Assembly: GCF_006345805.1 (NCBI RefSeq)
Contig: NC_043023.1
Location: 11,408,001-11,472,000 of the forward strand
Direction of reading: 5' to 3'
Source: Octopus sinensis
Lineage: Eukaryota
DNA: 64,000 nucleotides
The number at the start of each line of letters is the position of its first letter. Position 1 is the stretch's first letter. Position numbers and translations under genes: made by a program. Under the pieces are notes generated by a model that saw only the letters and a program-made list of their open reading frames with translations, was not told the DNA's origin and ran no database searches. Shown here piece by piece: positions 1 to 17,791 of this stretch.

Positions 1-729
1 ACAATGATATGGCTTTTCTCCAGTATGTGGAAGTTTGTGCCGAGTCAAGTCATTACGTTTAGAGAATGATTTACCACAGATATCACAATGATAAGGCTTT
101 TCTCCTGTATGTGTATATTTGTGATGAGTCAAATCACACCTTTGAGAGAATGATTTACCACAGATATCACACTGATATGGCTTTACTCCTGTATGTGTAT
201 GTTTATGAACAGTCAAGCTATTCCTTTGAGAGAATGATTTACCACAGATATCACAATGATATGGCTTTTCTCCTGTATGTGTATGCTTGTGATCAGCCAA
301 GGTATTCTTTAAAGATAATGATTTACCACAGATATCACAGTGGTAAGGCTTTTCTCCTGTATGTGTACGTTTGTGTCTTGTCACGTCCCAGCTGCGAGAG
401 AATGATTTATTACAGATATCACAATGATATGGCTTTTCTCCAGTATGTGTAAGTTTGTGGCTAGTCAAGACATTACGTTTAGAGAATGATTTACCACAGA
501 TATCACAATGATATGGCTTCTCACCTGTATGTGTGCGTTTGTGTTCAGTCAAGGTACCTCTTTGAGAGAATGATTTATCACATATATCACAGTCATATGG
601 CTTTACTCCTGTATGGATACGTCTGTGACTAGTCAACTGACTATTATAAGCGAATGATTTACCACAAACATCACAGAAACATTGCTTCACTCTTGTATCT
701 GGGTCTTTTGGTTTAATTGAATTATTCAT
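1..729 (-). CDS. ZF-A: C2H2 zinc-finger array protein, 3'-partial (8 fingers in window)
   Basis: Manual translation from ATG at 729 gives [18 protein letters not shown] plus 8 C-x2-C-x12-H-x3-H units with TGEKP/TGVKP linkers. The frame is open to the window edge, which probably explains its absence from the ORF track. Confidence 0.9.
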   Translation of the reverse strand, partial: MNNSIKPKDPDTRVKQCFCDVCGKSFAYNSQLTSHRRIHTGVKPYDCDICDKSFSQRGTLTEHKRTHTGEKPYHCDICGKSFSKRNVLTSHKLTHTGEKPYHCDICNKSFSRSWDVTRHKRTHTGEKPYHCDICGKSLSLKNTLADHKHTHTGEKPYHCDICGKSFSQRNSLTVHKHTHTGVKPYQCDICGKSFSQRCDLTHHKYTHTGEKPYHCDICGKSFSKRNDLTRHKLPHTGEKPYHC

Positions 730-2163
730 TATGACAGAATAATTTATTATACATATCACAATAATAATGTTTCCTTCATCTCTAGAAACATTTTGACTTC
801 AGTTCTGCAACTATTTCCAGAAAAGAATTTGAAGCTGTGTTTCTTTCTTCTGTGATCTTAATTAATATCTAAATCAGCAAGTGAAAATTGTCAACTCGTT
901 TGTAAAGGAATCCAACCTTAATTAACCTGTAAGGCAATCACTTCGTCTACATTCCAAACAGTGAAGACAAGAAAAATATTGTATTCTTAGATTGTATTCA
1001 TATAAATTTTGATGTATTGATGAATGCTGCTGATAAATTATGTCATCTTGCTTTAGTTGATGAAACGACGTCAAAATATGAAAGGCACATCTGAATGAAG
1101 AAGTTTCTTGTGGGTCAACATAAGGTGATATTCTGAAATAGGAAAAGAAACATCAAAATAAAGAGAATAGTTAAATGATACACTAATTCAACGTTGCAAA
1201 ATTTAACATTGTCATCCATTAAAAGTTTCCAGAGTTCCTTGAGGCATTGAAAGACTGGCATAATGACATAAATGTGTTATACCCTAAATTTGTTTTCCCA
1301 GGCCAAGCAAAAGAAAATCAATTACATTGACAAAATATGATTCACAGTCTATAAGATTACTGTAAATTCAAAGGGTTCATATAATTTTACAGGGTGGACT
1401 AGAAATTATGAAGGAATCTTGACAAGTCAGTGAGAATTCTAAACAATTACAAGCCTGTTAAGCTATACAAGAGTGTGTCCGTGTATTGTTTATTTCGCTT
1501 CCATCAGTCAGAAATGGTGAAAGAGGGTTCGAACAGACATTTTAGTCTCCAGACTCCTTTCCTGCCTGACAAGAAGTCCCTTCCTTGTGGACTAAGTTGC
1601 TAACCAGGCCACACAAAAGGCCCTGTCTGTAGTTCGTGTATTTTGAGTCCATGGGTAAGGCCCTGTACATCTTTACTTTCAAAGCATAAACTCTTTTCAA
1701 GTCAACTTTGTCATGCATCCTTTCCAGGTAAACAGAATAAGGTTCTTCTTTAGAAACGCATCTCTCCAAGAAAATGAAATGCAAATGAAAAACTGATGTA
1801 AAAATGGAAAAAGGCATTCCTTTGATATGCCTTGATGAAATGAAAAACGTCAAACAGTTTTACTGTTTCTATGAAAAGCATGCGGTCAAGTGTCATAAAA
1901 TGGGAGGAAGAGACGAAAGACCATGGGTTGTACGTGCGTGCGTGCTTGTTCCTGTGTGTGTGTGCATGCATGTTTATTCTTGTCACACACAGAAACAAGC
2001 AGGCAAGCACACACAGAGGAACTAGCATGCACGCAGGCGTGTGCAACCCTTTAGCTTTCTTCTCCTCTTCCCATTTCATGACAGTGATCCACGTGCTTTT
2101 CAGTCAAATTGATGTTTTGATTTCGTCAAGTCATATCGAAGGAATGCCAAAAAATTAAACATA

Positions 2164-2540
2164 GGCGCAGGAGTGGCTGTGTGGTAAGTAGCTTAGTTAT
2201 CAACCACATGGTTCCGGGTTCAGTCCCACTGCATGGCACCTTGGGCAAGTGTCTTCTACTATCCTGTGAGTGGATTTGGTAGATGGAAACTGAAAGAAGC
2301 CCGTCGTATGCATGCATATATGTATATGTATGCGTGTGTCTTTGTTTGTTCCCCTAGCATTGCTTGACAACCGATGCTGGTGTGTTTATGTCCCCGTTAG
2401 TTAGTGGTTCGGCAAAAGAGACCGATAGAATAAGTACTGGGCTTACAAAAGAATAAGTCTTGGGGTCGAGTTGCTCGATTAAAGGTGGTGCCCCAGCATG
2501 GCCGCAGTCAAATGACTGAAACAAGTAAAAGAGTAAAAGA
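2164..2540 (+). mobile_element. tRNA-derived CORE-like SINE
   Basis: GGCGCAGGAGTGGCTGTGTGG A-box head and GGTTCAGTCCC B-box. CACCTTGGGCAAGTG resembles the MIR/CORE core. It has an internal (TA/TG)n tract and a GAGTAAAA tail, and many copies occur in the window. Confidence 0.8.
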
Positions 2541-2614
2541 GACGGAAAGCGGGCACTCTCGAATATAAACAAACACGTCAGACGATACAAGGGGTAGTAA
2601 TTTACTTTTATTTT

Positions 2615-2925
2615 ATTATTTATGCGCCCTATTTAAGCCTAACCAGGTTCATGGGCCTGGTTTCCTGATTCCTGTGACGTATGTGTTCCACCCAGCTAGA
2701 CAGGATGCCAGTCCATCCCAGCGTTACTCAAGAAACAGGAAGAGAGAGCGAGAGAAAGTTGGAGCGAAAGGGTATAACAGGGGTCGCCACCACCCCCTGC
2801 CGGAGCCTTTTGGAGCTTTAGATGTTTTCACTCACTAAACACACACAACGCCCGGTCTGGGAATCGAAACCACAATCCTCCGACCGCAAGTCTGCTGCCT
2901 TGACTGCTGGGCCATTGCACCTCCA
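2615..2925 (-). mobile_element. tRNA-derived SINE, V-domain-like
   Basis: Minus strand has TGGCCCAG (A box) and GGTTTCGATTCCC (B box), plus central GATGGACTGGCATCCTGTC. Same family as 34608-34901. Confidence 0.65.
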
Positions 2926-3180
2926 CAATTTTTGGCATAACTTCGGTATAGGTACCGGACACATTTCAAAAGAGTGATTTTTTCTATATATGGGGGGGTT
3001 AGGGTTTGTGTTAGGAGTGCAAGAAAAGGGTTTCTGTTATCTTCAGAAATGTAAACAAAGCCACTTCCGGTACCTATACCGAAGGATCGCCCAATTTCTT
3101 TTACCTGCCCGACAATATTTGTTTGCAAATTCTTGACAGTTTTTCATCAGATTTTTTTACTGAGCAAACTCGTGAGCATT

Positions 3181-3249
3181 AGGCTTAGGTTTAGTTTTAG
3201 GGTTAGATTAGTTTTAGGTTAAGGTTAGGGTTAGCATTAGGTTTAGGTG
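3181..3249 (+). repeat. Degenerate interstitial (TTAGGG)-like tract
   Basis: aggcttaggtttagttttagggttagattagttttaggttaaggttagggttagcattaggtttagg. Confidence 0.6.
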
Positions 3250-4480
3250 GTGTACACTCGCTTTACCTTCGTCCATTCTATGATGTATTGATATACGACA
3301 CAAATAATTATAACACAATACAGTACATATGTTTAAGACGTATGCAAGGTTTGTAATCTTTATTTTTGTTTACAGTTTACAGAGAAAATAAATTATACAA
3401 CATATAACTCAGGGGCTATGTGGTCCCAAAAGCTGAAAAATGTCCAAATTACTGACTCCACATTTATTGAATTTCAACAGCTTGTGAATCAGTCTTACAA
3501 TTCGCAGACGACATTGTAGGGTTCCTCACCTTGTGCCACCCCACATATTTATGTTCCCAAGAGCCCCTCTCCCGATTGTTTTATTTTTTAGTATGAACTA
3601 TTTAAAAACAGATGAAACTTCCTAATTTTTTCCATACTTCATTTATTTTGTATATATTTTCTATTTGTACGATTCTTTAAAAATTAAGCGTCATAAGTAA
3701 CAGTACAGCACTGGGGTCCACGGAATCGATTTCCGCCCTCCCGCTAAATTTTAGCCCTTGTGTCTCAAGTACAAGAGATCATTATCAATATCATCATCAT
3801 TACTTTATGCATCCCGAAAAAGAAGTCCAGGTCTCAGTGGAAATAGGGCCGAGGTCGTATTTGCCTTTCATCCTTTTCGAGAAATACTGGGTTCCAGGTA
3901 TTCCACTTTAGGTTCGCATAAAAGACTTCTCGCCCTGGGGCCAAAATGTGAAACCATCATCATCATTATCAAAATAACCTTAAAGTAAATCTTCGTCAAC
4001 TTCATGCTTTATCAATGCCTCATTAACAACGGGGCTACATTAATTAATGTGGTTTCTTCAATCGGTTTCCTCTCATTTTACTAATTAATTAAGCCGCTTT
4101 ACCCTCATTTTACCAATTAATTTCCTTTATATGACATGAAACAGTCGATCATAGGTTTTCATAATCGATAAATCAACATTTCTGTTTGGAATTTGTTAAT
4201 TAAGACGAACAAATATATTTTCCTAATTGTTGTCAGGTTCCCGCTTCGAAAAATAATTGCTGTAACATCGAGAGGTTCACAGAATTCTATTATTTACCTT
4301 ATTATTAGTAGTATTATCAACACTATTACAGCCTTAAAGTAAATCTTTGTCAACTTACCGTATTCAGCTGTAAACAGCGACTCAGTATTTGGTAATTAAG
4401 CACCTTAATTAATAATTAAATTCAATGGATGATGTCCTGCAGAAGTTATTTCCCTTGTGATAATTCTATTCCTCAATCCT

Positions 4481-4496
4481 CTAATAGATGGCGCTA
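4481..4496 (+). promoter_or_regulatory. CTCF-like motif, ZF-A promoter cassette
   Basis: CTAATAGATGGCGCTA, 123 bp from the donor; resembles the CTCF core CCASYAGRKGGCRSTA. Confidence 0.5.
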
Positions 4497-4617
4497 CTGG
4501 TTTCCTTTAAAATTTAATAAAACAAGGCACTACTAGCGGATAGTGGTCCCGGTGCGCGCACTCACGTACCCGCGACAGCTAGTCATGACTACTCAATCCT
4601 TACTTTGTGTTTTATTT

Positions 4618-5272
4618 ATTTTACTCTTTTACTTGTTTCAGTCATTTGACCGTGGCCATGCTGGAGCACCGCTTTTAGTCGAGCAAATCGACCCCGGGAC
4701 TTATCCTTTTGCAAGCCCAGTACTTATTCTATCGGTTGTCTTTTGCCGAACAGCTAGTATACGAGGACGTAAACACACCAGTATCGGTTGTCAAGCAATG
4801 TTGGGGGGGGGGACAAACACAGACACTCAAATATACACATGTATATGTACATATATACGACGCGCTGGAAGGCGGCGAGCTGGCAGAATCGTTAGCACGT
4901 CGGGCGAAATACGTAGCCGTATTTTGTCCGCCGTTACGTTCTAAGTTCAAATTCCGCCAAGGTCGACTTTACCTTTCATCCTTTCCGGGTCGATTAAATA
5001 AGTACCAGTTTCGCACTGGGGCCGATATAATCGACTTAATCCATTTGTCTGTCCTTGTTTGTCCTCTCTGTGTTTAGCCCCATGTGGGTAGTAAAGAAAT
5101 AGATATATACGACGCGCTCCTTTCGGTTTCCGTCTACCAAATCCACTCACAAGGCTTTGGTCGGCCCGAGGCTATAGTAGAAGACACTTGCCCAAGGTGC
5201 CACGCAGTGGGACTGAACCCGGAACCGTATGGTTGGTAAGCAAGCTACTTACCACACAACCACTCCTGCGCC
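4618..5272 (-). mobile_element. CORE-like SINE interrupted by a nested SINE
   Basis: Reverse complement of the 2164-2540 family, split at its (TA)n linker. Confidence 0.8.
4867..5102 (+). mobile_element. tRNA-derived SINE (Meta/MESC-like central domain) with 16-bp TSD
   Basis: GGCGGCGAGCTGGCAGAATCG head, AAGTTCAAATTCC B box and CCTTTCATCCTTTCCGGGTCGATTAAATAAGTACCAG core. It is flanked by ATATATACGACGCGCT at 4851-4866 and 5103-5118. Confidence 0.85.
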
Positions 5273-6499
5273 TTTGTTTAATAAAATTTAATAAAATTAT
5301 TTACTTTGTGTTTTTGTGTTTTATTTATTTTGTTTAACAAAAATTATTTATTTTGTGTAATAAAAAATTATTTACTTTGTGTTTTGTTTACTTTGCTAGC
5401 TAATCGTTGTAGGATCGACTAGTCACGACTAGCTAGCGCGGATACGCGCACAGGGACAATTCTTCTTAAGTGGTACCCTTCTTAAATAATGCCTTAATAA
5501 TAACGTAAATAATAGATTTCTGTGAACTTCTCTCGATGTTTGAGTAATTATTTCGAAGCGGGAACCTGACAACAATTAGGAAATTATATTTGCTCGTCTT
5601 AATTAATAACTTCCAAATTGAAATGTTGATCTGTGGTTTATGGGAACCTATAATCCACAGTTACACGTGGTATAAAGGAAATTAATTAGTAAAATGAGAG
5701 TAATGAGGCCCTGTCAGGGTATTTAGCTGTCGAGAGTTGACTGATTGAAGAATACCATATTAATTGGTGTTGTTAATGAGGCACTGATAAAACGGTAAGT
5801 CGACAAAGATTTATTAAAAGGTTATATTAATAATAGTAATGATGATGAGGGTTTTCAATATTGGCCCAGGACCAGAAATCTTTGATGCAAGTGAAAAGTC
5901 GAACCCATGGAGCCCAGTGTTTCCTGAAAGGGATGAAAGGCAAAGTCGATGTCAACCGTCTTTGAACTCAGGACTTTGCGCGCGAAATCATTTAATTTAA
6001 ATTCATTTCAGGGTCCATAAATAATAATGATGACAAGGAACCTTTTTACTTAAGGCACAAGGCCTGTAATTTGATGGGGAGACGTAATTCTTTTGCCTGG
6101 ACCCTAGCTTTTTGCTGCTTCGTATTTTATTGACCCCGAATGGATGAAAGGCAAAGTGAACCTCGGTGGAATTTGAACTTTCAGGGTAAAAGACGGACGA
6201 GTGTTACATGTGATATGAAGTAAATAGGTTAAAGATTTGGCAGATTAACAATAAATCGAAATCGTTAGATGTTCGTTACATTTAATTACTGCATAATGAG
6301 AGAAACGGTGCCTAATTAATTTTGATAGACTAACTCATTGTTCTGGTGTAAGTACATAAATGTGCCCCACCGTCTTTCTTTCCTTGGCCCTTTTGGATTG
6401 GTATTTTTTAATGAAATTTTCCATGACTATATTTCAGAAGATTTGGCAGATTAAAGGTAAATCAAAATCGTTAGATGTTCGTTACATTTAATTACTGCA

Positions 6500-7450
6500 T
6501 AATGAGAGAATGATATTTGTGGTAATTCATTCTCTCAAAGGAATGAATTGACTAAGCACAAGCGTACACGTACGGGAGAAAATCCATATCATTCTGATAT
6601 CTGTGGTAAGTCATTCTCTCAACGGAGTAACTTGACTCGCCATAAATATACACATACAGGATAAAAGCCATATCATTGTGATATCTGTGATAAATCATTT
6701 TCTCAAAATTATCATATAACTAATTTCAGATACATTCACATGAGGGAAAAACCATATCGCTGTGATATCTGTGATAAATCATTCTCTGCAAATTGTGATT
6801 TAACTAGTAACAAACATATTCATGCTGGAGAGAAGCCATTATAATTGTTACACCTGAGGTAAATCATTCTCTTGCGAATGTACATTTTCATACCACACAA
6901 AATCTACATCATGGTCAAATCTATTGTAAATCCTTCTCTCATAGACTTAACTGTAAATGAATACATTCCTAGAGGAGAGAAGCCAGGTCAGAGTGACATC
7001 TGTGCTAAACCATTCTCTTGAAAAAAGCTACATCCATCCACCTGGGTATTCACAACAATTGTAACTGTACCAATGCCAGGATTTATTAAAACATTACAAC
7101 AATGAAGTCTGTTTTGTCAGCTGTCATTCAGGGTTTTTCCCATCATCAATTTGAATACCATCAGTGTGAACGTCAAACCTGTCATAATCTGTAAAAATAT
7201 TGACTCTGAGTTAACTTGATTGCTAAAAATGCCTGTGTTTGGATTTTGAGGAATTTGCTAGAAAAGAATAATGAATAAAAAATCAGAATAAAAGTTAGAC
7301 CATTTTGTGTTTGTTTTGTTACTCAATATCTGGACACTGTCTCCTCTATACCTTAAATCTCTCAACTGGCACAATGGGACACCCGTTCAATACTAACTGC
7401 CCACCTCCCTTTTGATGCTGATGTTACATGTCCTTACACACTGTTAAAGG
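6500..7450 (+). pseudogene. Decayed zinc-finger 3' fragment plus 3' UTR, paralogous to the ZF-E tail
   Basis: Degenerate fingers with stops and frameshifts. The segment is close to the reverse complement of about 21945-22880, including a shared GGA-TAA lesion. Confidence 0.85.
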
Positions 7451-7634
7451 GCTGCTATTAACAGTGTGTTATTCAAATGCCTTGTTTCCATTGGTTCCTG
7501 GAATTTATTTGTACTCTTTTAGTCTTTTATTGTTTCAGTCATTTGACTGAGGCCATGCTGGAGTACCACCTTCATAGGTGTTAGTGGCAGAAATCAGTCC
7601 CAAGACCTAGTCTTTTGTAAGTCTAGTCTGTGTG

Positions 7635-7808
7635 TGTGAGACCCCCTTCGGTCAGACACTGACCATGGGCTTGCACTTTGAGAGTTCCCCTCTGAGGCAC
7701 AAGTCTGGGCAAGGTTGTCTTTATGGAAGACCGGCAGTCGCCCATGCATACCAGCCTCTCCTCTCCACGTCACCAGTGTTATCCAAGAGAAAGGCAAGGG
7801 CTGATACT
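7635..7808. mobile_element. Probable SINE fragment of a further family
   Basis: GC-rich island (GGAAGACCGGCAGTCGCCCATGCATACCAGCC...) in AT-rich context, abutting a CORE-SINE tail; family not established. Confidence 0.4.
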
Positions 7809-8421
7809 AAGTCTCCTACTTATTTATATATCTATATATATTATATATATGTATTTACATGTGTATTTTTATATTATACGTTTAGTTGTTTCATACACAA
7901 ACTAACGTGCATTTCTCTTTAGATTAATGATTTATCCTTATTTATCTCTCCACTGACTTCGGTACCACTCGAACTTCTATAAGTTCTGCATTTTTCACTT
8001 ATTTATTTCAAACTTCTTTCAATTTTCAATTTAATGTAATCCACACTCTCTTGAAAACATTTCTGCCAAATGTTATCTAAAAAAAATGGGTAGAGAAAGG
8101 AACAACGAAAAATATAGGGGTGGCGGGTTGGCTGGAATATCTGAGGCTTCCACCAGACCCCATCCTTTCTTCCGAACCACAAAGAAAGGGGTTTTGTGGA
8201 ATAATATGAAGTCACCAGAATTCATTCAATAAAAAGAAAAAACTTCCAGTGATTCCGGGATGGGGTGTAGTTTCTCACCCAACCCTTTTTTCCGAGCAAA
8301 AATCATGGGTTTGCAGCATATTAAGTGTCAGGGTATTTGATTCCCCGTAAAAAACCCGTGATTCTTTTTTTTTCTCATTGAAAATTTTGCGGGTGAAAGA
8401 ATCAAAATTGACCCCAGTGAG

Positions 8422-8437
8422 TAGCGCCATCTATAGG
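8422..8437 (-). promoter_or_regulatory. CTCF-like motif, ZF-B promoter cassette
   Basis: TAGCGCCATCTATAGG (reverse complement CCTATAGATGGCGCTA), 113 bp upstream of the GG|GTAAGT donor at 8550. Confidence 0.5.
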
Positions 8438-8549
8438 AGAATTATGTAAGGGGAAACAACTCCAGCAGCACTTGATCTTCGCGCCAATTAAATTATTAAT
8501 TACGTTGATTAATTACTCATCACTGACTCGTTGTTTATATCTGGATCGG

Positions 8550-10141
8550 GTAAGTTGAGCAAGATTTCCTTTAAGGCTGTAATCATGATAATAATACTAC
8601 TAATGATAATGGAAGATAATAGATTTATGTGAACTTCTCTCGATGTTGGAGTAATTATTTCGAAGCGGGAACCTGACAACAATTAGGAAAATAGATTTGT
8701 TCGTCTGAATAACTTCCAAACTGAAATGTTAATCTGTTGTTTATGGGAACCTATAATCCACTGTTACATGTGGTATAAAGGAAATTAAGGGTAATGTTGA
8801 CGTTGTTACCCGGAGAGGAAATCGAGAAAAAGAAATAGTGCAACGGGTATAAAAGAAAAAGGTGTAGAAAAGGAATCTGAAGAGAAAAATGTGCAGAAAG
8901 CAATGAGGGTGAGAGGCCTTCGGAAAATTGACAAGATTCGAAGGTTTTCCATCGTCACTGAGGAAAATGGGTTTTTTTTTTAAACGAAATTTAATATAAA
9001 TACGTTTCAAACGGTATAGGTCACGATTATGAGGAAATTTGTGGGGGAAATGTCTTGCGATGGGGTCAGGAGAGGACTTCGGAAAATCCGATGTTTTTCC
9101 CTCGTAACTTTGAGGAAAATATAATCCTTTTGAAATAACAAATTCAATTTTTCCTCAGGAACTTCTATGCTAAACATCCTTTTGTGAAGGTTCATTCGTT
9201 GGTCCCCCTTTCGTTATAGCACATGCTGTCAACTATAAACACATGAAATATTATCACTAATAATGCTCTCTCGATGCACATACATATTTCTTCTCTGTAT
9301 TTGTGTGGAATGTAGATAACAAAATCAATGTGGCAGTTTAAACTTGAGAAAAGCCTTGCATATTTATAATGTCCAAGTTATATAGATGTATGTATGCATT
9401 TCTGTGCATGTGTGTGTATGCGGCTAGGGTTCCTTCTTACCTGCTTCATTTGTGTATGTAAATTTCTAAGAAGTAAACGAGATCGATGTCAAAAAAGCCG
9501 TATTACTGATGATATTTCATTAATTTAGTGCTGACAACACGTGCTCTCGTGCTCACTGAAACTAACAAAAGAATCTTGATAAGTCTGAGACTGAAAAACG
9601 ATTAAATGCCGCTTAACAAAACTATAGAAGAACGAGATGCTGTTGAGCATTTTGTCCGATAAGCAAAGGATTCTTCCTCTAAATAATACACGGTTTACCA
9701 GAATCCTTGACTCACTTGTTCGTTAAATTTATTTAATATATTATTATTCATTAATACACTTATTAAGAAATAAAATAGTAAATTTAAATAATAAAAGAAG
9801 CATGCTAGGAAAGATGACTAATAATTGAGTCATGAATTCTTATCCTCTCTTAGGATTATATAAACACTTCGAAGTTACAGTCATCACATAGAAGTGAAAA
9901 CATAGAAACATTGAGAAAATATGCTTCCTCGTCTTGGATATATCAAACATTGATTTTTTTTTAAAGGTATGAGGAAACGAATTTAGGGTGTAACATATTT
10001 ATGTCGTTTGCCATGCTTTCAATGAATTCTGACCCCTAAAAACATTTAATCGATGAGTGTTCATGTTGTAAAATTTGCAACATTGAATTAGTGTATCATT
10101 TAACTATTCTCTTTATCTTGATGTTTCTTTTCCTATTTCAG
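8550..10141 (+). other. Putative 5'-UTR intron of ZF-B
   Basis: GTAAGT donor at 8550; TTTCTTTTCCTATTTCAG acceptor ending at 10141. Confidence 0.65.
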
Positions 10142-10503
10142 AATATCACCTTATGTTGACCCACAAGAAACGTCTTCATTCAGATGTGCCTTTCATATTT
10201 TGATGTCGTTTCATCAACTAAAGCAAGATGACATAATTTATCAGCAGCATTCATCAATACATCAAAATTTATAAGAATACAATATTTTTTCTTGTCTTCA
10301 CTGTTTGGAATGTAGACGAAGTGATTGCCTTACAGGTTAATTAACGTTGGATAACTTTACAAACGAGTTGACAATTTCCACCTGCTGATTTAGATGTTAA
10401 TTAAGATCACAGAGGAAAGTAACACAGCTTCAAATTCTTTTCTGGAAATAGTTGCAAAACTGAAAACAAAGATGTTTATTGAGATGAAAGAAACATTATT
10501 ATT

Positions 10504-11611
<1,108 letters not shown>

Positions 11612-11614
11612 TAA

Positions 11615-11749
<135 letters not shown>

Positions 11750-13279
11750 TAACAGTATCAATATCAAAATTTATAACATGAGAACAATTATGAATATTTT
11801 GTCTGCTAAAAGACACGGTTTTTTTTTGTTCAATCTTGACATTACCAACTTCAATATCATTTATATATCTGAGTATATCAACACAGAGATGACTTTGATT
11901 TCTGAAGATGATTATTCTGGATTTTGGGGGAATTTGTTATGAGAGAATAAAGGAATGGGAATAAGGAATAAAAGTTTTAAGTGACATTGATTTTGTCTTT
12001 GTGTTTTCATCATCATCATCTTCATCCTTTAATGTCTATTTTCTATGCAAGCATGGATGGGAAAGTGTGACATGAATTGGCAAGCCAGAGTGCTGCTTCA
12101 TGTTCCAGTCAGATTATAAAGAAATTTGTGGGAAAAATCTTTTGCAATGGGTCAGGAGAGGACTTCGGAAAATCCGATGTTTTTCCCTCGTAACTTTGAG
12201 GAAAATAGAATCCTTTTGAAATAACAAATTCATTTTTTCCTCAGGAACTTCTATGCTAAACATCCTTTTGTGAAGGTTCATTCGTTGGTCCCCCTTTCGT
12301 TATAGCACATGCTGTCAACTATAACCACATGAAATATTATCACTAATAATGCTTTCTCGATGCACATACATATTTCTTCTCTGCATTTGTGTGGAATGTA
12401 GATAACAAAATCAATGTGGCAGTTTAAACTTGAGAAAAGCCTTGCATATTTATAATGTCCAAGTTATATAGATGTATGTATGCATTTCTGTGCATGTGTG
12501 TGTATGCGGCTAGGGTTCCTTCTTACCTGCTTCGTTTGTGTATGTAAATTTCTAAAAGGAAAAATAGATCGATGTCAAAAAAGCCGTATTACTGATGATA
12601 TAGAATAAGTAACTTAAGAAAGATTACTAATAATTGAGTCATGAAATCTGGTCCTTGCTGTAAAACTATATGAAACATTGAGAAAATATGCTTCCTCGTC
12701 TTGGATATGTCAAACATTGATTTTTTTTTTAAAGGTATGAGGAAAGGAATTTAGGGTGTAACACATTTATGTCGTTATGCCATGGTTTCAATGAATTCTG
12801 ACCCCATAAAACATTTAATAGATGACAATGTTAAATTTTGCAACATTGAATTAGTGTATCATTTAACTATTCTCTTTATCTTGATGTTTCTTTTCCTATT
12901 TCAGAATATCACCTTATGTTGACCCACAAGAACCTTCTTCATTCAGATGTGCCTTTCATATTTTGATGTCGTTTCATCAACTAAAGCAAGATGACATAAT
13001 TTATCAGCAGCATTCATCAATACATCAAAATTTATATGAATACAATCTAAGAATACAATATTTTTTCTTGTCTTCACTGTTTGGAATGTAGACGAAGTGA
13101 TTGCCTTACAGGTTAATTAACGTTGGATAACTTTACAAACGAGTTGACAATTTCCACCTGCTGATTTAGATGTTAATTAAGATCACAGAAGAAAGAAAGA
13201 CAGCTTCAAATTCTTTTCTGGAAAAAGTTTCAGAACTGAAATCAAAGATGTTTATAGAGATGAAGGAAACATTATTATT

Positions 13280-14135
<856 letters not shown>

Positions 14136-14138
14136 TAA

Positions 14139-14273
<135 letters not shown>

Positions 14274-15700
14274 TAACAGTATCAATATCAAATTTTATAA
14301 CATGAGAACAATTATGAATATTTTGTCTGCTAAAAGACACGGTTTTTTTTTTTCAATCTTGACATTACCAACTTCAATATCATTTATATATCTGAGTATA
14401 TCAACACAGAGATGACTTTGATTTCTGAAGATGATTATTCTGGATTTTGGGGGAATTTGTTATGAGAGAATAAAGGAATGGGAATAAGGAATAAAAGTTT
14501 TAAGTGACATTGATTTTGTCTTTGTGTTTTCATCATCATCATCTTCATCCTTTAATGTCTATTTTCTATGCAAGCATGGATGGGAAAGTGTGACATGAAT
14601 TGGCAAGCCAGAGTGCTGCTCCATGTTCCAGTCAGATTATAAAGAAATTTGTGGGAAAAATCTTTTGCAATGGGTCAGGAGAGGACTTCGGAAAATCCGA
14701 TGTTTTTCCCTCGTAACTTTGAGGAAAATATAATCCTTTTGAAATAACAAATTCAATTTTTCCTCAGGAACTTCTATGCTAAACATCCTTTTGTGAAGGT
14801 TCATTCGTTGGTCCCCCTTTCGTTATAGCACATGCTGTCAACTATAACCACATGAAATATTATCACTAATAATGCTTTCTCGATGCACATACATATTTCT
14901 TCTCTGCATTTGTGTGGAATGTAGATAACAAAATCAATGTGGCAGTTTAAACTTGAGAAAAGCCTTGCATATTTATAATGTCCAAGTTATATAGATGTAT
15001 GTATGCATTTCTGTGCATGTGTGTGTATGCGGCTAAGGTTCCTTCTTACCTGCTTCGTTTGTGTATGTAAATTTCTAAGCGGAAAAATAGATCGATGTCA
15101 AAAAAGCCGTATTACTGATGATATAGAATAAGTAACTTAAGAAAGATTACTAATAATCGAGTCATGAAATCTGGTCCTTGCTGTAAAACTATATGAAACA
15201 TTGAGAAAATATGCTTCCTCGTCTTGGATATGTCAAACATTGATTTTTTTTTTAAAGGTATGAGGAAAGGAATTTAGGGTGTAACACATTTATGTCGTTA
15301 TGCCATGCTTTCAATGAATTCTGACCCCTAAAAACATTTAATAGATGACAATGTTAAATTTTGCAACATTGAATTAGTGTATCATTTAACTATTCTCTTT
15401 ATCTTGATGTTTCTTTTCCTATTTCAGAATATCACCTTATGTTGACCCACAAGAAACTTCATTCAGATGTGCCTTTCATATTTTGACGTCGTTTCATCAA
15501 CTAAAGCAAGATGACATAATTTATCAGCAGCATTCATCAATACATCAAAATTTATATGAATACAATCTAAGAATACAATATTTTTTCTTGTCTTCACTGT
15601 TTGGAATGTAGACGAAGTGATTGCCTTACAGGTTAATTAAGGTTGGATAACTTTACAAACGAGTTGACAATTTTCACCTGCTGATTTAGATATTAATTAA

Positions 15701-17689
<1,989 letters not shown>

Positions 17690-17791
17690 CTAAACATGAG
17701 TATACACATGCAACAGTAAAGCCGTATCTTTGTAACATGTGGTAAATCATTCTCTTATGGGTGCAACTTGATTCAACACATACATACATAT

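Larger units (their letters stand above)
1133..4358 (-). other. Putative 5'-UTR intron of ZF-A
   Basis: Minus-strand donor ACG|GTAAGT at 4358. The polypyrimidine tract and TTTCAG acceptor end at 1133. The same arrangement recurs in all paralogs. Confidence 0.65.

Noticed and set aside
66-452. Antisense ORFs with [17 protein letters not shown] repeats (also 23149, 29883, 40435, 45725, 55292 and others)
   Set aside because: These are the stop-poor reverse-complement shadow of C2H2 arrays and are expected from the 84-bp consensus.
1542-2158. Overlapping 70-110 aa ORFs in the ZF-A intron
   Set aside because: They are low-complexity and CA/TG-repeat-driven, with no recognisable domain and no counterpart in paralogous introns.
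2164-2240. tRNA genes at A/B-box-containing heads
   Set aside because: No complete cloverleaf is evident. The heads continue into SINE core and tail sequence repeated throughout the window.
3181-3249. True telomere or chromosome-fusion scar
   Set aside because: The tract is short and highly degenerate, and similar TTAGGG motifs are built into local transposon families.
4543-5150. Short ORFs such as LLFYLFQSFDCGHAGAPPL... and MVPGSVPLRGTLGKC... (also 2126-2590, 53066-53586, 59240-59828, 61423-61826)
   Set aside because: They lie wholly within SINE copies and are not maintained between copies.
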